DNA of 64,000 nt from an uncultured Gemmatimonadaceae bacterium (GCA_963829055.1 CAWHHI010000004.1:544001-608000); one strand, 5' to 3'; shown: positions 43,312 to 54,538, counted from the first letter of the stretch. Program-made: numbers and translations. Notes: a model not told the origin generated them from the letters alone.

Positions 43312-45743
43312 TCAACCATTGCGGAGCGCAATGACCGGATCGACCGACGTCGCACGCCGCGCCGGACCGAGACTGGCGATCACGCCGACCGCCGCCAACG
43401 TTAGGCACGCGGCGCCCAGCGTCAGCGGATCACGCGCCTCGATGTTGTACACGAGCGACTGCATGAACCGAGACAGCCAGAGCGCCCCTATCGTTCCCAG
43501 TGCCAACCCGAGCACGACCATCGTTCCGCCCTGACGGAGCACGAGCGACAACACCTCGCCACGTTGGGCTCCGAGCGCGAGTCGCACGCCGATCTCCCGC
43601 GTGCGCTGACTCACCGAGAACGCGAGCACGCCGCCGATACCGGTCGCCGCGATGAGGAGCGCGAGCAGCCCGAACAACGTCAGCAGCGACGCCGTGAGCC
43701 GGCGCGGCGCGAGCGAGTCGAGTCGAATCTCCGAGAGCGTCCGAATGGCGTCCACCGGAAGGTCGGGGTCGATCGCGTGCACCGCGGCGGTGACGTTCCG
43801 CGCGAGCACGAGCGGGTCCGCGCTGCTGCGAATCAGCAGGTTGCCACCGGTCGGGTACTGACCGAAGGGCACGTAGAACGCGTCGGTCGGCTCCTTGTCC
43901 AACGCCTGATCGCGCACGTCGCCCGCCACGCCGATGACGCGAATCCAACTCGCGCCGGCGTCGCCGGAGATGCGCTTGCCGACTGGATCCGCATCGCCCC
44001 AGAAACGGCGCGCGAACGAGCGGCTGATGACGGCCACCTCTTCCGTCCCCGTGCGGTCGCGATCGTCGAACGTCCGCCCTCGCAGGAGAGGCACGCCGAC
44101 GGTCTTGAAGAACGACCCCGTCACGATGCGCATCTGCGCCTGCGGTGCCGTGGCAGTATCGAGCGTCGGCTGTCCCTCGGCGATGAAGCCGAACGACATG
44201 CGGTGGCCCTCGGTTAGCGGCACGTTGGCGGTGAACGTCACCGAGGTGACGCCAGGCTGTTGCTCCACGGCGCTGAACAGGCGCTGTCCGAGTGCCAGCT
44301 GCGACGGCCCGTTCGTATACCGCTCCCGCGACGGCGTGAACCGAACGCTCAGCACCTGCTCCGAGCGGTATCCGGCATCGACGCGACTGAGCTCGATCAT
44401 GCTGCGGACGGACAGCCCGGCTGCCGCGAGCAGAACCACGGACACCGCGACCTGTGCGACGACGAGCGCACGTTCGGCGCGGCCGCGTCGGCCGCCGCTC
44501 TGGCTCGCGTCGCCGCGGGCACGCAGCCCACTCGCGAGGTCGCGCGTCACCGCCAACAAGCGGAAGCGTCCCGGAGATGATCCCGACGACGACCGACACG
44601 CCTAACGTGAAGGCAAGCACCGGCGCGTCCAGCCCGATCTCGAACGCGCGCGGCGTGAAGCGTGCCGCGTACGGGACGAGCAGCCGCAGCAGAGCCGCCG
44701 CGAGCCCCACTCCCAGCACTGCGCCGGCAACCGCCACGACGATGCTCTCGGTGAGCAGCTGTCGGGCGAGCCTGCCGGGAGCCGGCACCCAACGCGGCGC
44801 GGACCACCAATTCCGCGCGGCGATGGACCAGGCGCACCAGCGTCAGGTTCGCGACATTCGCACAGGCAATGAGAAGCACGAAGCCGGACGTCGCCAGCAG
44901 CAGGATGAACGTCTCGCGCGCCGGCCCAGACAGCTCTTCGAGCAGCGAGTTCGCTCCGAGGCCAAAGCCCTTCGCGGCGAGGTAGCTCTCGGCATGCTCG
45001 GCGTGCATCTGCGTCGCGATTCCCTCGAGCTCCGCGCGTACGGTCTCCAGACCGACGCCCGGTCGCACGACGCCGAAGACACTGATTTGCCGAAGCTCGC
45101 GACGCGTCAGCCATGCGTCCGACGTGCGGAACGGGCACGACGAGATCGGCATGAACACGTCGTTCTCGTTAGGAAAATCGGGGAGAGGCGGAAGGATGCC
45201 GACCACGGTATGGAGTCGGTCTGTCATCTCGACGGTCTTCCCGATGATTGCGGTATCGCCGCCCATCCGCTCGCGCCAGAACCGATAGCTCAGCACGATC
45301 ACCGGGTTCGCGCCGGACTGATCGTCACCAACGCGAAGCGTGCGGCCAAACAGTGGCTTCACGCCGAGCGCATCGAAGTAGTTGGCGGACACGACGCCAG
45401 TCTGCACCCGCTGCGGCTCGCCGCGCCGCAAAAGGTTGAACGACATCGAGTGATACTCGGCCAGTGCATCGAACGAGCGCGTCTTCGCGCGAAGGTCGGC
45501 GAGCTCCTGGACGGAGAACCCGGCGTCCGCGATCTGGCCCAGCGCGATGGGCTGTTGAATGCGGACGACCCGGTCGCCGTTCGCGAACGGAAGGTCCTTG
45601 AGGAGCACACCGTGAATGACGCTGAAAATCGCCGTGTTCGCGCCGATCCCGAGCGCGAGCGTCAACACGGCGACAGCGGTATAGGCGCGTGCGCGACCGA
45701 GTGTGCGCACGGCGTATCGAAGGTCCTGTAGGACGGTCTGCAT
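43312..45743 (-). CDS. ADOP-type duplicated ABC permease (MacB_PCD/FtsX x2), frameshifted
   Basis: QDLRYAVRTL...LTLALGIGANTAIFSV, LLIACANVANL, QRTREIGVRLALGA, ARRATSVDPVIALR. Confidence 0.92.
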
Positions 45744-45926
45744 TGATGGCTCCTCTCGTGGTGCGCCCAGGGTACAGGCCTCGGAGCCGGCGGTGGCGAA
45801 CGTTTGGTCGCGCCTGTGTGGCGATTTCGTGTCCCGGTAGCCACCAAATCGCGACCGGTCTTCCACAGATCTCACACAATTTGCTGTTGCCGGGCCCACG
45901 ACGATGGGCCCATCGTAGAGCGTGAG

Positions 45927-46048
45927 TGGTGATGGCAGGCGATTCCGGCCTCAGAGCCAGAATTGGCAAATGCGCCACGCATCCGCCTGTCACGGGAGGT
46001 TCCGCTTTGCCAATTCTGGCTATAGGCCGGCCTCGCCTGCCATCACCA
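45927..46048. repeat. 122-bp long inverted repeat (arms about 43 bp)
   Basis: TGGTGATGGCAGGCGA..CCGGCCT..AGCCAGAATTGGCAAA pairs with TTTGCCAATTCTGGCT..AGGCCGG..TCGCCTGCCATCACCA. Confidence 0.85.
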
Positions 46049-46070
46049 TTGACACGCCAGTCCACTACTC

Positions 46071-47828
46071 GTGCGGTCTTCCCGGCCCGCCGGGCGCTTC
46101 CGGCTCCCGCTTCGATTCTCGTGGCCGCTGCTGCTGTTGTTGGCCAGCGTCGGCGCGACCACCGTTGCTGCGTTCAATGCCCAGCGCGCGGTCCGGTCGC
46201 ACCAGCGAACCGCGGAGCGCCTGCTGAGCGACTACGCGTCGTTCACGGCGTGGACGTCGCAACGCCAGGTGATCGGGACGCTCGAGGGCGCGGTCATGGC
46301 GTCGCTGCAGTACATCATGCACGGACGCGAGCTACACAGCAGGCCGCGCTACGGCCCGATTCCTAACGCGGACGACCTCTGGCGCTACTACAACAATCAG
46401 GAGCGCTACACCACGCGATTCTGCACGCCCAAGAAGTGCCCGGAGTCGTTCCCTCCCTCCGTCTACTTCGGTTTCGCGCTGGGGGCCGACACGCTGCGCG
46501 TGGCCCCTCGTGCTGCCACGCCCGAGGCGGATGCGTGGCTCGAGGTCGCACCGGCGGCTGACCGGAAATGGCTCGTCGATTCGCTGACCACGCACATCCG
46601 ACGTGTGCACAGCTTCGAACAGAACTACGAAGTGCTCGTGTCGCCGCGCTTTGGCACCGGCCGGATGATCGCGTACGCACTCATGCCGACGGCGTACGGT
46701 GACACGATGGTCTATGGCGTGGAGTTCGGCGCCAAGACGTCGCGTCACATCTTCCGCGATGCGTTCGCCTACGCGCCGCTGCTCCCGAAGGCGCTCATGC
46801 TCGGCAAGAAGAACGAGGACCTACTCGGCGTGAGAATCGTCGGGCCCGGATCGCTGCCGTTGTTCGAGTCGCCGAACTGGCCCAACACGCCGTACGTGGG
46901 CTCGTTGCAGTTCGAACCGCAGTTCGGTGGACTCACCGTGCAGGCCGCCATCCGGCCGGAGTACGCGAATCAGCTGGTCATCGGTGGATTGCCGCGCTCG
47001 CGGCTACCACTGCTGATTGGGATGCTGATCGTGTCGGGTGCACTGGCGGTTGTCGCCGTCATCCAGTTGCGTCGCGAAGAGGAGCTCGCGCGCTTGCGTT
47101 CGGACTTCGTGTCGAGCGTGTCGCACGAGCTGCGGACGCCGCTCGCGCAGATCCGCCTTTTCCTCGAGACGCTTCGGCTCGGCCGCTTCACCACCGACGC
47201 GCAGCGAAAGTGGTCGCTCGACAACATTGACCGCGAGACGAACCGTCTCGCTCAGCTCGTCGAGAACATCCTGCACTTCGCGCGCGCGGGCCGAGGCCCG
47301 TCGACGCCCGCGACACCGGAGTCGACGGATCTCGCCGTCGAGATCGAGCAGATCACGCGGGCCTTCGAGCCACTCGCCGCGTCACGCCGCGCCGCCCTTC
47401 GCCTGGATCTCGCGCCTAACGTCGTCGTGCCGCTGCCGCGCGAGGCGTTCCGGCAGGTGCTGCTGAATCTCCTCGACAACGCGGTGAAGTACGGCCCCTC
47501 GGGGCAGACGGTGCGCGTGTCCCTCGTCGTCAGCGGCGCGGTGGCGCGCGTGACGGTCACCGACGAGGGCCCGGGAGTCCCGGCGAAAGAGCGCGAGGCG
47601 ATCTGGACGCCGTTCTTCCGCGGTCAGGCCGCCGTCGCACAGGCCGCCGGTGGCAGCGGCATTGGCCTCGCGATCGTGAAAGACCTGGTTGCGCAGATGG
47701 GTGGTCGGATAGCGATTGTGCCTTCACCCCACGGTGGCGCGGCGTTCCAGGTCGAGTTGCCGGGCGTCGCGGTGCGCGCGTCGTCGGTGGAACACGCAGA
47801 GCCCGCGTTGACGCTCAGGCCATCATGA
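46071..47828 (+). CDS. Sensor histidine kinase 2
   Basis: Two TMs; SVSHELRTPL, NLLDNAVKY, DEGPG, GSGIGL. Paralog of kinase 1. Confidence 0.93.
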   Translation: MRSSRPAGRFRLPLRFSWPLLLLLASVGATTVAAFNAQRAVRSHQRTAERLLSDYASFTAWTSQRQVIGTLEGAVMASLQYIMHGRELHSRPRYGPIPNADDLWRYYNNQERYTTRFCTPKKCPESFPPSVYFGFALGADTLRVAPRAATPEADAWLEVAPAADRKWLVDSLTTHIRRVHSFEQNYEVLVSPRFGTGRMIAYALMPTAYGDTMVYGVEFGAKTSRHIFRDAFAYAPLLPKALMLGKKNEDLLGVRIVGPGSLPLFESPNWPNTPYVGSLQFEPQFGGLTVQAAIRPEYANQLVIGGLPRSRLPLLIGMLIVSGALAVVAVIQLRREEELARLRSDFVSSVSHELRTPLAQIRLFLETLRLGRFTTDAQRKWSLDNIDRETNRLAQLVENILHFARAGRGPSTPATPESTDLAVEIEQITRAFEPLAASRRAALRLDLAPNVVVPLPREAFRQVLLNLLDNAVKYGPSGQTVRVSLVVSGAVARVTVTDEGPGVPAKEREAIWTPFFRGQAAVAQAAGGSGIGLAIVKDLVAQMGGRIAIVPSPHGGAAFQVELPGVAVRASSVEHAEPALTLRPS

Positions 47829-48523
47829 CGCGCGTGCTGGTGATCGAGGACTCGAGCGATCTCGCGGAGGGGCTGCGCTTCAATCTCGAGCTCGAGGGCT
47901 ACTCGGTGAAGGTTGCCGAAGACGGCAACACCGGCCTGGCGGCCGCGCGCGAATGGGAGCCTGACCTCGTGATCCTCGATCTGATGCTGCCGGGAATCGA
48001 CGGGTATCAGGTGCTGCGGTCGATGCGGGCCGACGGACGTCAGACGCCGGTGCTCATCCTCTCCGCTCGCGGCGAAGAGTCGGACAAGGTTCGTGGCTTC
48101 CAGCTCGACGCCGATCAGTACGTGACGAAGCCGTTCGGTCTGATCGAGCTCCTCGAGCGTGTGAAGTCGCTGCTGCGTCGGACGCGAGCGCGCAGCGACG
48201 TGAGCGAGAACGGCGCAGGTGTGGGACACGTCACCTTCGGCGACGTCAGTATCGATCCAGCGTCACGAGCGGTCATGCGATCGGGCGAGGCCGTGAGCCT
48301 GACGCCGAAAGCGTACGAGCTCATGATGGCGCTCATCAAGCGGAAGGGCGCCGTTGCCACGCGCGTCGAGCTGCTGCGCGAAGTGTGGGATCATCGCGCG
48401 ATCGTGCTCACGCGCACCGTCGATTCCCACATGGCCGAGCTGCGCAAGAAACTCGAGCACGATCCGGCGGATCCGAAGCACTTCATCACGATCTGGAAAG
48501 TTGGCTACCGCTTCAATCCCTGA
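47825..48523 (+). CDS. OmpR-family response regulator 2
   Basis: VLVIEDS, LDLMLPG, YVTKPF, TRTVDSHMAELRKKLE. Confidence 0.95.
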   Translation: MTRVLVIEDSSDLAEGLRFNLELEGYSVKVAEDGNTGLAAAREWEPDLVILDLMLPGIDGYQVLRSMRADGRQTPVLILSARGEESDKVRGFQLDADQYVTKPFGLIELLERVKSLLRRTRARSDVSENGAGVGHVTFGDVSIDPASRAVMRSGEAVSLTPKAYELMMALIKRKGAVATRVELLREVWDHRAIVLTRTVDSHMAELRKKLEHDPADPKHFITIWKVGYRFNP

Positions 48524-48530
48524 ACGAATC

Positions 48531-49458
48531 ATGAGGCTCGTTATGCATCGTATTCGCATTCTCCGCTGGTCGGCCATCGCGCCGGCCATTGCGCTGTCTG
48601 CTGCGCTCGTCGCCCCAACGGCGTTCGCGCAGTCGCCTGCGTTCGACAGCCCGGTCGTCTCGCCGGAATGGCTGTCGCAACATTCTGAACGACCCCGATC
48701 TCGTGATCGTGAACGTGGTGAGCAATCGACGTGAGTACTCGGGTGGTCACATTCCGGGGGCGCGCATGGTGTGGTTCGGCGCTCTCGCGCCCGGCAACCC
48801 CGATCTGTCGACCGAGCTTCCGCCGCTCGCGCAGCTCGACTCGATCGTCGAGTCACTCGGGATCTCGAACAACTCACGGATCGTCGTCTACGCCTCGGCG
48901 CTCAACCCCGCCGCCGGGCGCGCATACATGACGCTCGACTACCTCGGCTTGGGCGACCGCACTGCGGTGCTCGACGGCGGATTCAGCGCCTGGAAGGAAC
49001 GAGGGTTGACCGTGAGCACCGAGACGCCAACGGTCAAACGTGCGAAGTTCACACCGAAGCTCAACGCGTCAGCGGTGGTGAACGCCGAATTCGTCAACGC
49101 GAACATCGACAAGTCTGGAGTGAAGATCCTCGACGCGCGCACACCGAACTTCTACAACGGCGAGGGCGGCGGCATGCCGCGGCCCGGGCACATCCCGAGC
49201 GCCGGCAACGTGCCGTTCACGTCGCTGGTGGACGAGAAGGGGATGCTCAAGTCGCGTGAAGCCATCAGCGAGATGCTCGCCTCCGCCGGCGTGAAGCAGG
49301 GCGATCGCGTGGTCACGTACTGCCACATCGGACAGCAGGGCAGCCTCCTGTACTTCGCGTCGCGTTATGCAGGCTACCAGACGAGCCTCTACGACGGATC
49401 ATTCGAGGACTGGAGTGGACGGAGCGAGCTGCCGCTCGTCGGTCCGGTGAAGAAGTAG
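48531..49458 (+). CDS. Secreted tandem-domain rhodanese / sulfurtransferase, one frameshift
   Basis: Signal peptide; GHIPGA, LDGGFSAW, ILDAR, GHIPSA, active-site YCHIGQQ, YDGSFEDW. Confidence 0.88.
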
Positions 49459-49640
49459 GCGTCGCCCATCGTCGGTCGTGTGCGGCTTCTTCGGCCGCTG
49501 CCGCGCCGTCGGTACCGGTTTCGGTACCGGTTCGACGAGATCCAGCCCCTGCATGGCGCGAGCGAGCCGGCTCCGTCCCGAAGCCCGCTGGACAGACGGA
49601 GCCTCCGGCGCGACACTGATCAGCGTGTGGAATTCGAAAT

Positions 49641-50558
49641 TTGGTACGCGTCGCCGGACAGTTCGTTTCGGTCGCGCCGGTCTCGCTGGCGTTCGTCGCG
49701 CTCGCGTGCTCGCGCGAGCAGCCCGCGCGTCCAGCAATTGACACGGCGAAGAAGCGGCCCGAGGCCGTAGCCGCCGCGGTACTCGCCACGCGTGGCGTCA
49801 GCGTTCCGTTCCGCGTGCCCGCGGAGTCGGAGATCCGGGACACGGTGGTGCTGGCGGCGGTGCGACGCGGTCGTGCGCTGCTGCTCGCCACACGCGACAG
49901 CCTGCCCGCGAACGTCGGCAGCCGATTGCGATGCGTGAGCTGCCACCTCGGTGATGGTCTCAAGGCCAATCAGATGCCGTACGTCGGTGTCTACGCGCGG
50001 TTCCCGCAGTACCGCACGCGCAGCGCGACTGTCGAGATCATCGAGGACCGCATCAACGATTGCTTCGAGCGGAGTCTGAACGGCAAGGCGTTGCCGCGCG
50101 ACAGCCGCCCGATGCGGGACATTGTCGCGTATCTCGCGTTCCTGTCGTATGGCGTCCCGGTGGGCATGCAGGTCGAGGGGCAGGGGCTACCGCGTCTCGA
50201 TCCGCTGACTGGCGACACGGCGCGGGGCCGCGATGTCTTCTCGACGCGCTGCACGCTGTGCCACGGGACCGACGGCCAGGGCACGAACGCCGCGCCGCCG
50301 GTCTGGGGTCCGCACTCGTACAACATCGGCGCGGGGATGGCGCGCATCCGCACGGCGGCGGCGTTCATTCGCGTCGCGATGCCGTTCGACAAACCGGGCA
50401 CGCTCACGCCGCAGGAGGCGTTCGACGTGGCCACGTTCATCAACACGCGCCCACGCCCGGACTTCGCCCGTAAGGCGGGTGACTGGCCCAAGGGTGATCC
50501 GCCTCCTGACGTCGCGTACCCAACGACCGCCGCGACGAAGAAGAGGAAGGCTCGTTAG
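49641..50558 (+). CDS. tsdA: Diheme c-type cytochrome, thiosulfate dehydrogenase (TsdA)-like lipoprotein
   Basis: CVSCH and CTLCH; FPQYRTRS...EDRINDCFERSLNG; PPVWGPHSYNIGAGMAR; AMP; lipobox ALAC. Confidence 0.8.
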   Translation: MVRVAGQFVSVAPVSLAFVALACSREQPARPAIDTAKKRPEAVAAAVLATRGVSVPFRVPAESEIRDTVVLAAVRRGRALLLATRDSLPANVGSRLRCVSCHLGDGLKANQMPYVGVYARFPQYRTRSATVEIIEDRINDCFERSLNGKALPRDSRPMRDIVAYLAFLSYGVPVGMQVEGQGLPRLDPLTGDTARGRDVFSTRCTLCHGTDGQGTNAAPPVWGPHSYNIGAGMARIRTAAAFIRVAMPFDKPGTLTPQEAFDVATFINTRPRPDFARKAGDWPKGDPPPDVAYPTTAATKKRKAR

Positions 50559-50682
50559 GCGCTGGTATCGAGCGTACGGATTCTGTATGCTCTGCGCCTG
50601 CCGATGACTCAGAGTCCTCGCTGTCGCTCGATGACACGCTTCTCCGCCTTCCGCCCTCCGCCTTCCTCAGGCCCGCTCCGCG

Positions 50683-52785
50683 TTAGCTCGCCGTCTTCGG
50701 CGCCAGATACTTCGTCAGCCAGCCCTGCACCTCGTTCCACCACAGCCGCTGGTTCTGCGGCTTCCCGATCCAGTGACCTTCGTCGGGGAACACCACGAGA
50801 CGGCTCGGGACGCCCTGCCGCTGGAGCGACGTGAACATCGACAGGCCCTCCGTATACGGCACGCGGTAGTCGAGCTCGCCGTTCGTCACCAGCGTCGGCG
50901 TCTTGAACTTCCCGGCGTAGAGATGCGGCGAGTACACGCGATACTGCTCGCGCATCGCCTTCGGATCCCAGAACGGGCCGCCGTACTCCCACTCCGGGAA
51001 CCACAGCTCCTCCGTCGCCGCGTACATGTTCTCGAGGTTGAACGGACCCGCGTGCGACACGAGCGCCTTGAAGCGCGTCGAGTGACCGGCGATCCAGTTC
51101 ACCATGTAGCCGCCGAACGATCCGCCCGCCGCGCCCATGCGCGTCGAGTCCATCCACGTGTTGCGCGCGAGCGCGGCGTCGAGGCCGTTCATGAGATCCG
51201 TGTAGACCTTGCCCGCCCCACGCCTTCGACACGTCGTCGACGAACTTCTGCCCGTAGCCCGTCGACCCGCGCGGGTTGATGATCACGAGCGCCGAGCCCG
51301 TCGCCGCGAACATCTGGTAGTTCCAGCGGCCGTGCCAGTTGTCGAGCCACGCGCCCTGCGGTCCGCCGTGGATCAGCAGGATCACCGGATACTTCTCGCC
51401 CGGCGTGTATTGCGGCGGCTTCACGATGAAGCCCTGCACGCTGTCGCCGCCCGCGCCCTTGAACCAGAAGTCCTCGGCCGGATTGAGCGCGAGCTGCGCG
51501 ACGAGCGCGTCGTTCACGTGCGTCGCCTGACGAGTGTCCGTCGCCCGCGCGCCATCGAGCGACGCCGCGTACACCTCCGGCGGCCGGTTCGTCGCGTCGC
51601 GCATCCAGACGACCGCTTTTGCATCGCGCGAGAACGAGAACCCGAGGTTGTTGGACTCTCCGATCACGAGTGCCGGTGCGCCGGTCGCGACGCCGTCCGC
51701 GCCTAACGTGGCGCGATACAGCTTGTCGCGTCCGGCGTCGGTCGTCGACACGTAGACACCGCTTTGCCGTCGGGCGCAAACGTGTACGCCGTCCGCGTTC
51801 CGATCCCACGTCGGCAGCGCCTCGGTCGACGTCTTCTTCGCTCGATCGTAGAGCATGAGCCGGAACCGGTCCGACTCGAACCCGCCACGCTTCTGCGATC
51901 CGTACGCGATGTACTTGCCGTCCGGCGAGTACACCGGGTTCTGGTCCGCGCCGACGTTGCGACTTCGTGATCACCGTCGCGCGTGCCGCCGCTGACAGGC
52001 ACGACGTACAGGTTCACGTCCGTCGTCCACGCGTCGGCGCGCCCCTGATCCTTCGCCGTGTACGCGATCTCTCGGCCGTCGGGCGAGAACGCGTAGCCCT
52101 CGCTGCCGCCGAACGGACCGGGCGGCACGTCGTACTTGCGCGCCGGCGTCAGGTCTCGCGGCGTCGTCACCGTCGAGCGCCGACGACGAACAGGTGCGAG
52201 CGCGTGCCTTCATCCCACGCGTTCCAGTGGCGGAACAGCAGGTTGTCGGCGACGTGCGCCTTGACCTTGTTGTCTTCCTTCGCCTTGTCCTTCTGCGGCG
52301 TTGCACGCGTCGGTCGTGCAGTCAGGCCACACGGCGGACACGAACGCGAGACGTTCGCCCGTTGGCGACCACACGGGGCCGCTCGCGCCGCCGTTGAGCG
52401 TCGTGAGCTTGCGGCGCCCGCTGCCGTCGGCGTTCGCCACCCAGAGTTGCCCACCCGCGGTGTACGCCACGCGGCGCCCGTCCGGCGACCACCGCGCCTC
52501 GGCGGCGTGCGTCGTGTCGTCGGGGAACGCTCGGGCAGCGGAGCTGCCTAACGTCTGGACGTACGTCGTTGCCGCACGTCGATTCGCTTCGACATCGGTC
52601 GTCCGCACCGCGTACAGCATTGTTCGTCCATCCGGCGACAGCTGCGGGTCGGACACCGACTTTATCGCCGCGAAGTCGTCGAACGTCATCGGGCGGCGTG
52701 TTTGCGCGCCGAGCGTCGTGACGCACGTCGTGACGAGCGTGCCCGGAGCGAACAACGCGAGAACGAATAGCGATCGTACAGTCAT
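50683..52785 (-). CDS. S9 family (dipeptidyl/acylaminoacyl) peptidase, frameshifted
   Basis: PD40-like SPDG repeats, IHGGPQ, NPRGSTGYG, GGSFGG, DYRVP, FPDEGHW. Confidence 0.92.
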
Positions 52786-52850
52786 CGCGAGTCTTCCTTG
52801 TCGCCGCGTGTGAGCGGCTCGGTCGTTTATCCGGTCGTTAGGCCGATCCG

Positions 52851-54361
52851 TCAGGGAGCCTGCGGTCCGGCAGTGCGCTTGTACCAGTCCACCTTGGTCT
52901 GGTCGCGCTTCGTTCCGCCAGCCAACGTCTCCTTCATCATCGCCTCGACTTCGGCGATCTCCCGCGGCGCCCGCGAGATCCACTCGACGCCCTGCTCGGT
53001 GCCGATGTAGTCGTCCTCGATGCGAACGCCGATGTTCTTGAACTTCTCGACCGCCGGCCGGAGCTTCGCGATCAGCGCATCGTTCTTCGCCGTCTTCGGC
53101 AGGATCTCGAGCAGGTTCTCACGCACGTAGATGCCGGGTTCGATCGTGAACGCGCTGCCGGTGGCGATCGTACCGGTGAAGTAGAACTGATCCGGGTCGT
53201 GCACCTCGAGTCCGATGCCGTGCCCCAGCCCGTGCATGTAGTAGAGCTCGAGCTGCGCGCACTGCTGCGGCTGTTGGGCCGAGCCGCAGTCGTACGTCGC
53301 GTTAGGCGATTCGATGAGCCCGACGCGCGCGAGGCCCGCGGCCAACACCGCTGACGCCGAGTCGGACATGAGCGATGCCTTGGCGCCGAGCTTCGCCTGA
53401 CGCTCCGCGGCCGCCTGCGCGTCGCGCACGATCTGGTAGATCGCGCGCTGGTCGGCTGTGAACGTGCCGCTCACCGGCACGGTGCGCGTGACGTCCGCCG
53501 CGTAGCCGCGGTACGACGCGCCAATGTCCATGACGACGACGTCGCCGGCGTTCATGAACCGATCGTCGGCGTTGTAGTGGAGCGTCGTCGAGTTCGGACC
53601 CGAGCCGACGATCGTGCCGAACGACGGGCGGTCCGCTCCGTTTCGCCGGAACGTGTACTCGATGAGCCCCTGAATCTCGAACTCGTTCATGCCCGGCTCG
53701 ATGGCGCGCATCGCTTCCTTCTGCGCGTCGACCGTGACTCGTGACGGCTTTACGAATCAGGTCGAGCTCGGCCGGGCTCTTCGTCCCGCGAAGCATCATC
53801 ACGTACTGGTTCGCCGACGCGAGCTTCACCGACGGGTGCGTCGCCGCGAGGGCGCGAACGAACTGATCATCGCGGCTCAGGACGCGCCGCTTCCTCACCC
53901 TGGCGCTCGCCCAGCCGCACGTCGCCGACCACGTACAGCTGCGACGTCGAGCTGAGCAGCGAGTCGAGCACCGGCGCGAAGCTGCTCAACCGGTCGAGCG
54001 TCGATGCCGGTTGCCTTCGTCGCGCCCTCGGGTCCGAAGCGCTTGCCGGTCCAGACTTCCGCGGCAGGGTTCGCGATCCTCGACGAACAACGTCGAGCCG
54101 ACGTCTGGCCGCCGCGCTTCACGATCACGAGCGCGGCGTTCGGCTCGTTGTAGCCGGTGAGGTACGTGAACGGCTCGTTCTGATAGAACGACAGGTAGTC
54201 CTGCGCGGGCTCCTGCGCCCCGATCGCGAGGAGTACGCCGTCCTGCATCTTCGCGGCGAGTGCCGCGCGCCGCTGCGCATACTCGGCTGCCGGAACCTGG
54301 GCGCCGAGCGACGAGATCGCAGCGGCGAGACCGAGCGAGCGAGAGAAAGACGGAGCCGCAC
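52851..54361 (-). CDS. pepP: Xaa-Pro aminopeptidase (M24B), frameshifted
   Basis: FTYLTG, KSPAEL, TLHY, MDIGA...ADVTRT, HGLGHGIGLEVHD, TIEPGIY, GVRIEDD. Confidence 0.9.
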
Positions 54362-54393
54362 GAGAGTCCTCCGGTGGAGTCAGATTCCACAGT

Positions 54394-54463
54394 GGGGTCA
54401 GATTCCAATTCGCGAGACCACGCTGCTGGGCGCCTCCACGTGATCGAATTGGAGTCTGACCCC
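54394..54463. repeat. 19-bp inverted repeat of GGGGTCAGA...TCTGACCCC type (REP-like)
   Basis: GGGGTCAGATTCCAATTCG / CGAATTGGAGTCTGACCCC, plus an extra partial arm at 54376. Confidence 0.75.
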
Positions 54464-54538
54464 GGGATCTGAACGATCTGACCTGATCTCTCTAACCTAC
54501 TGGGCGGGAGCCGGTTCCATCGAGAGCGGTCTGCGTTG

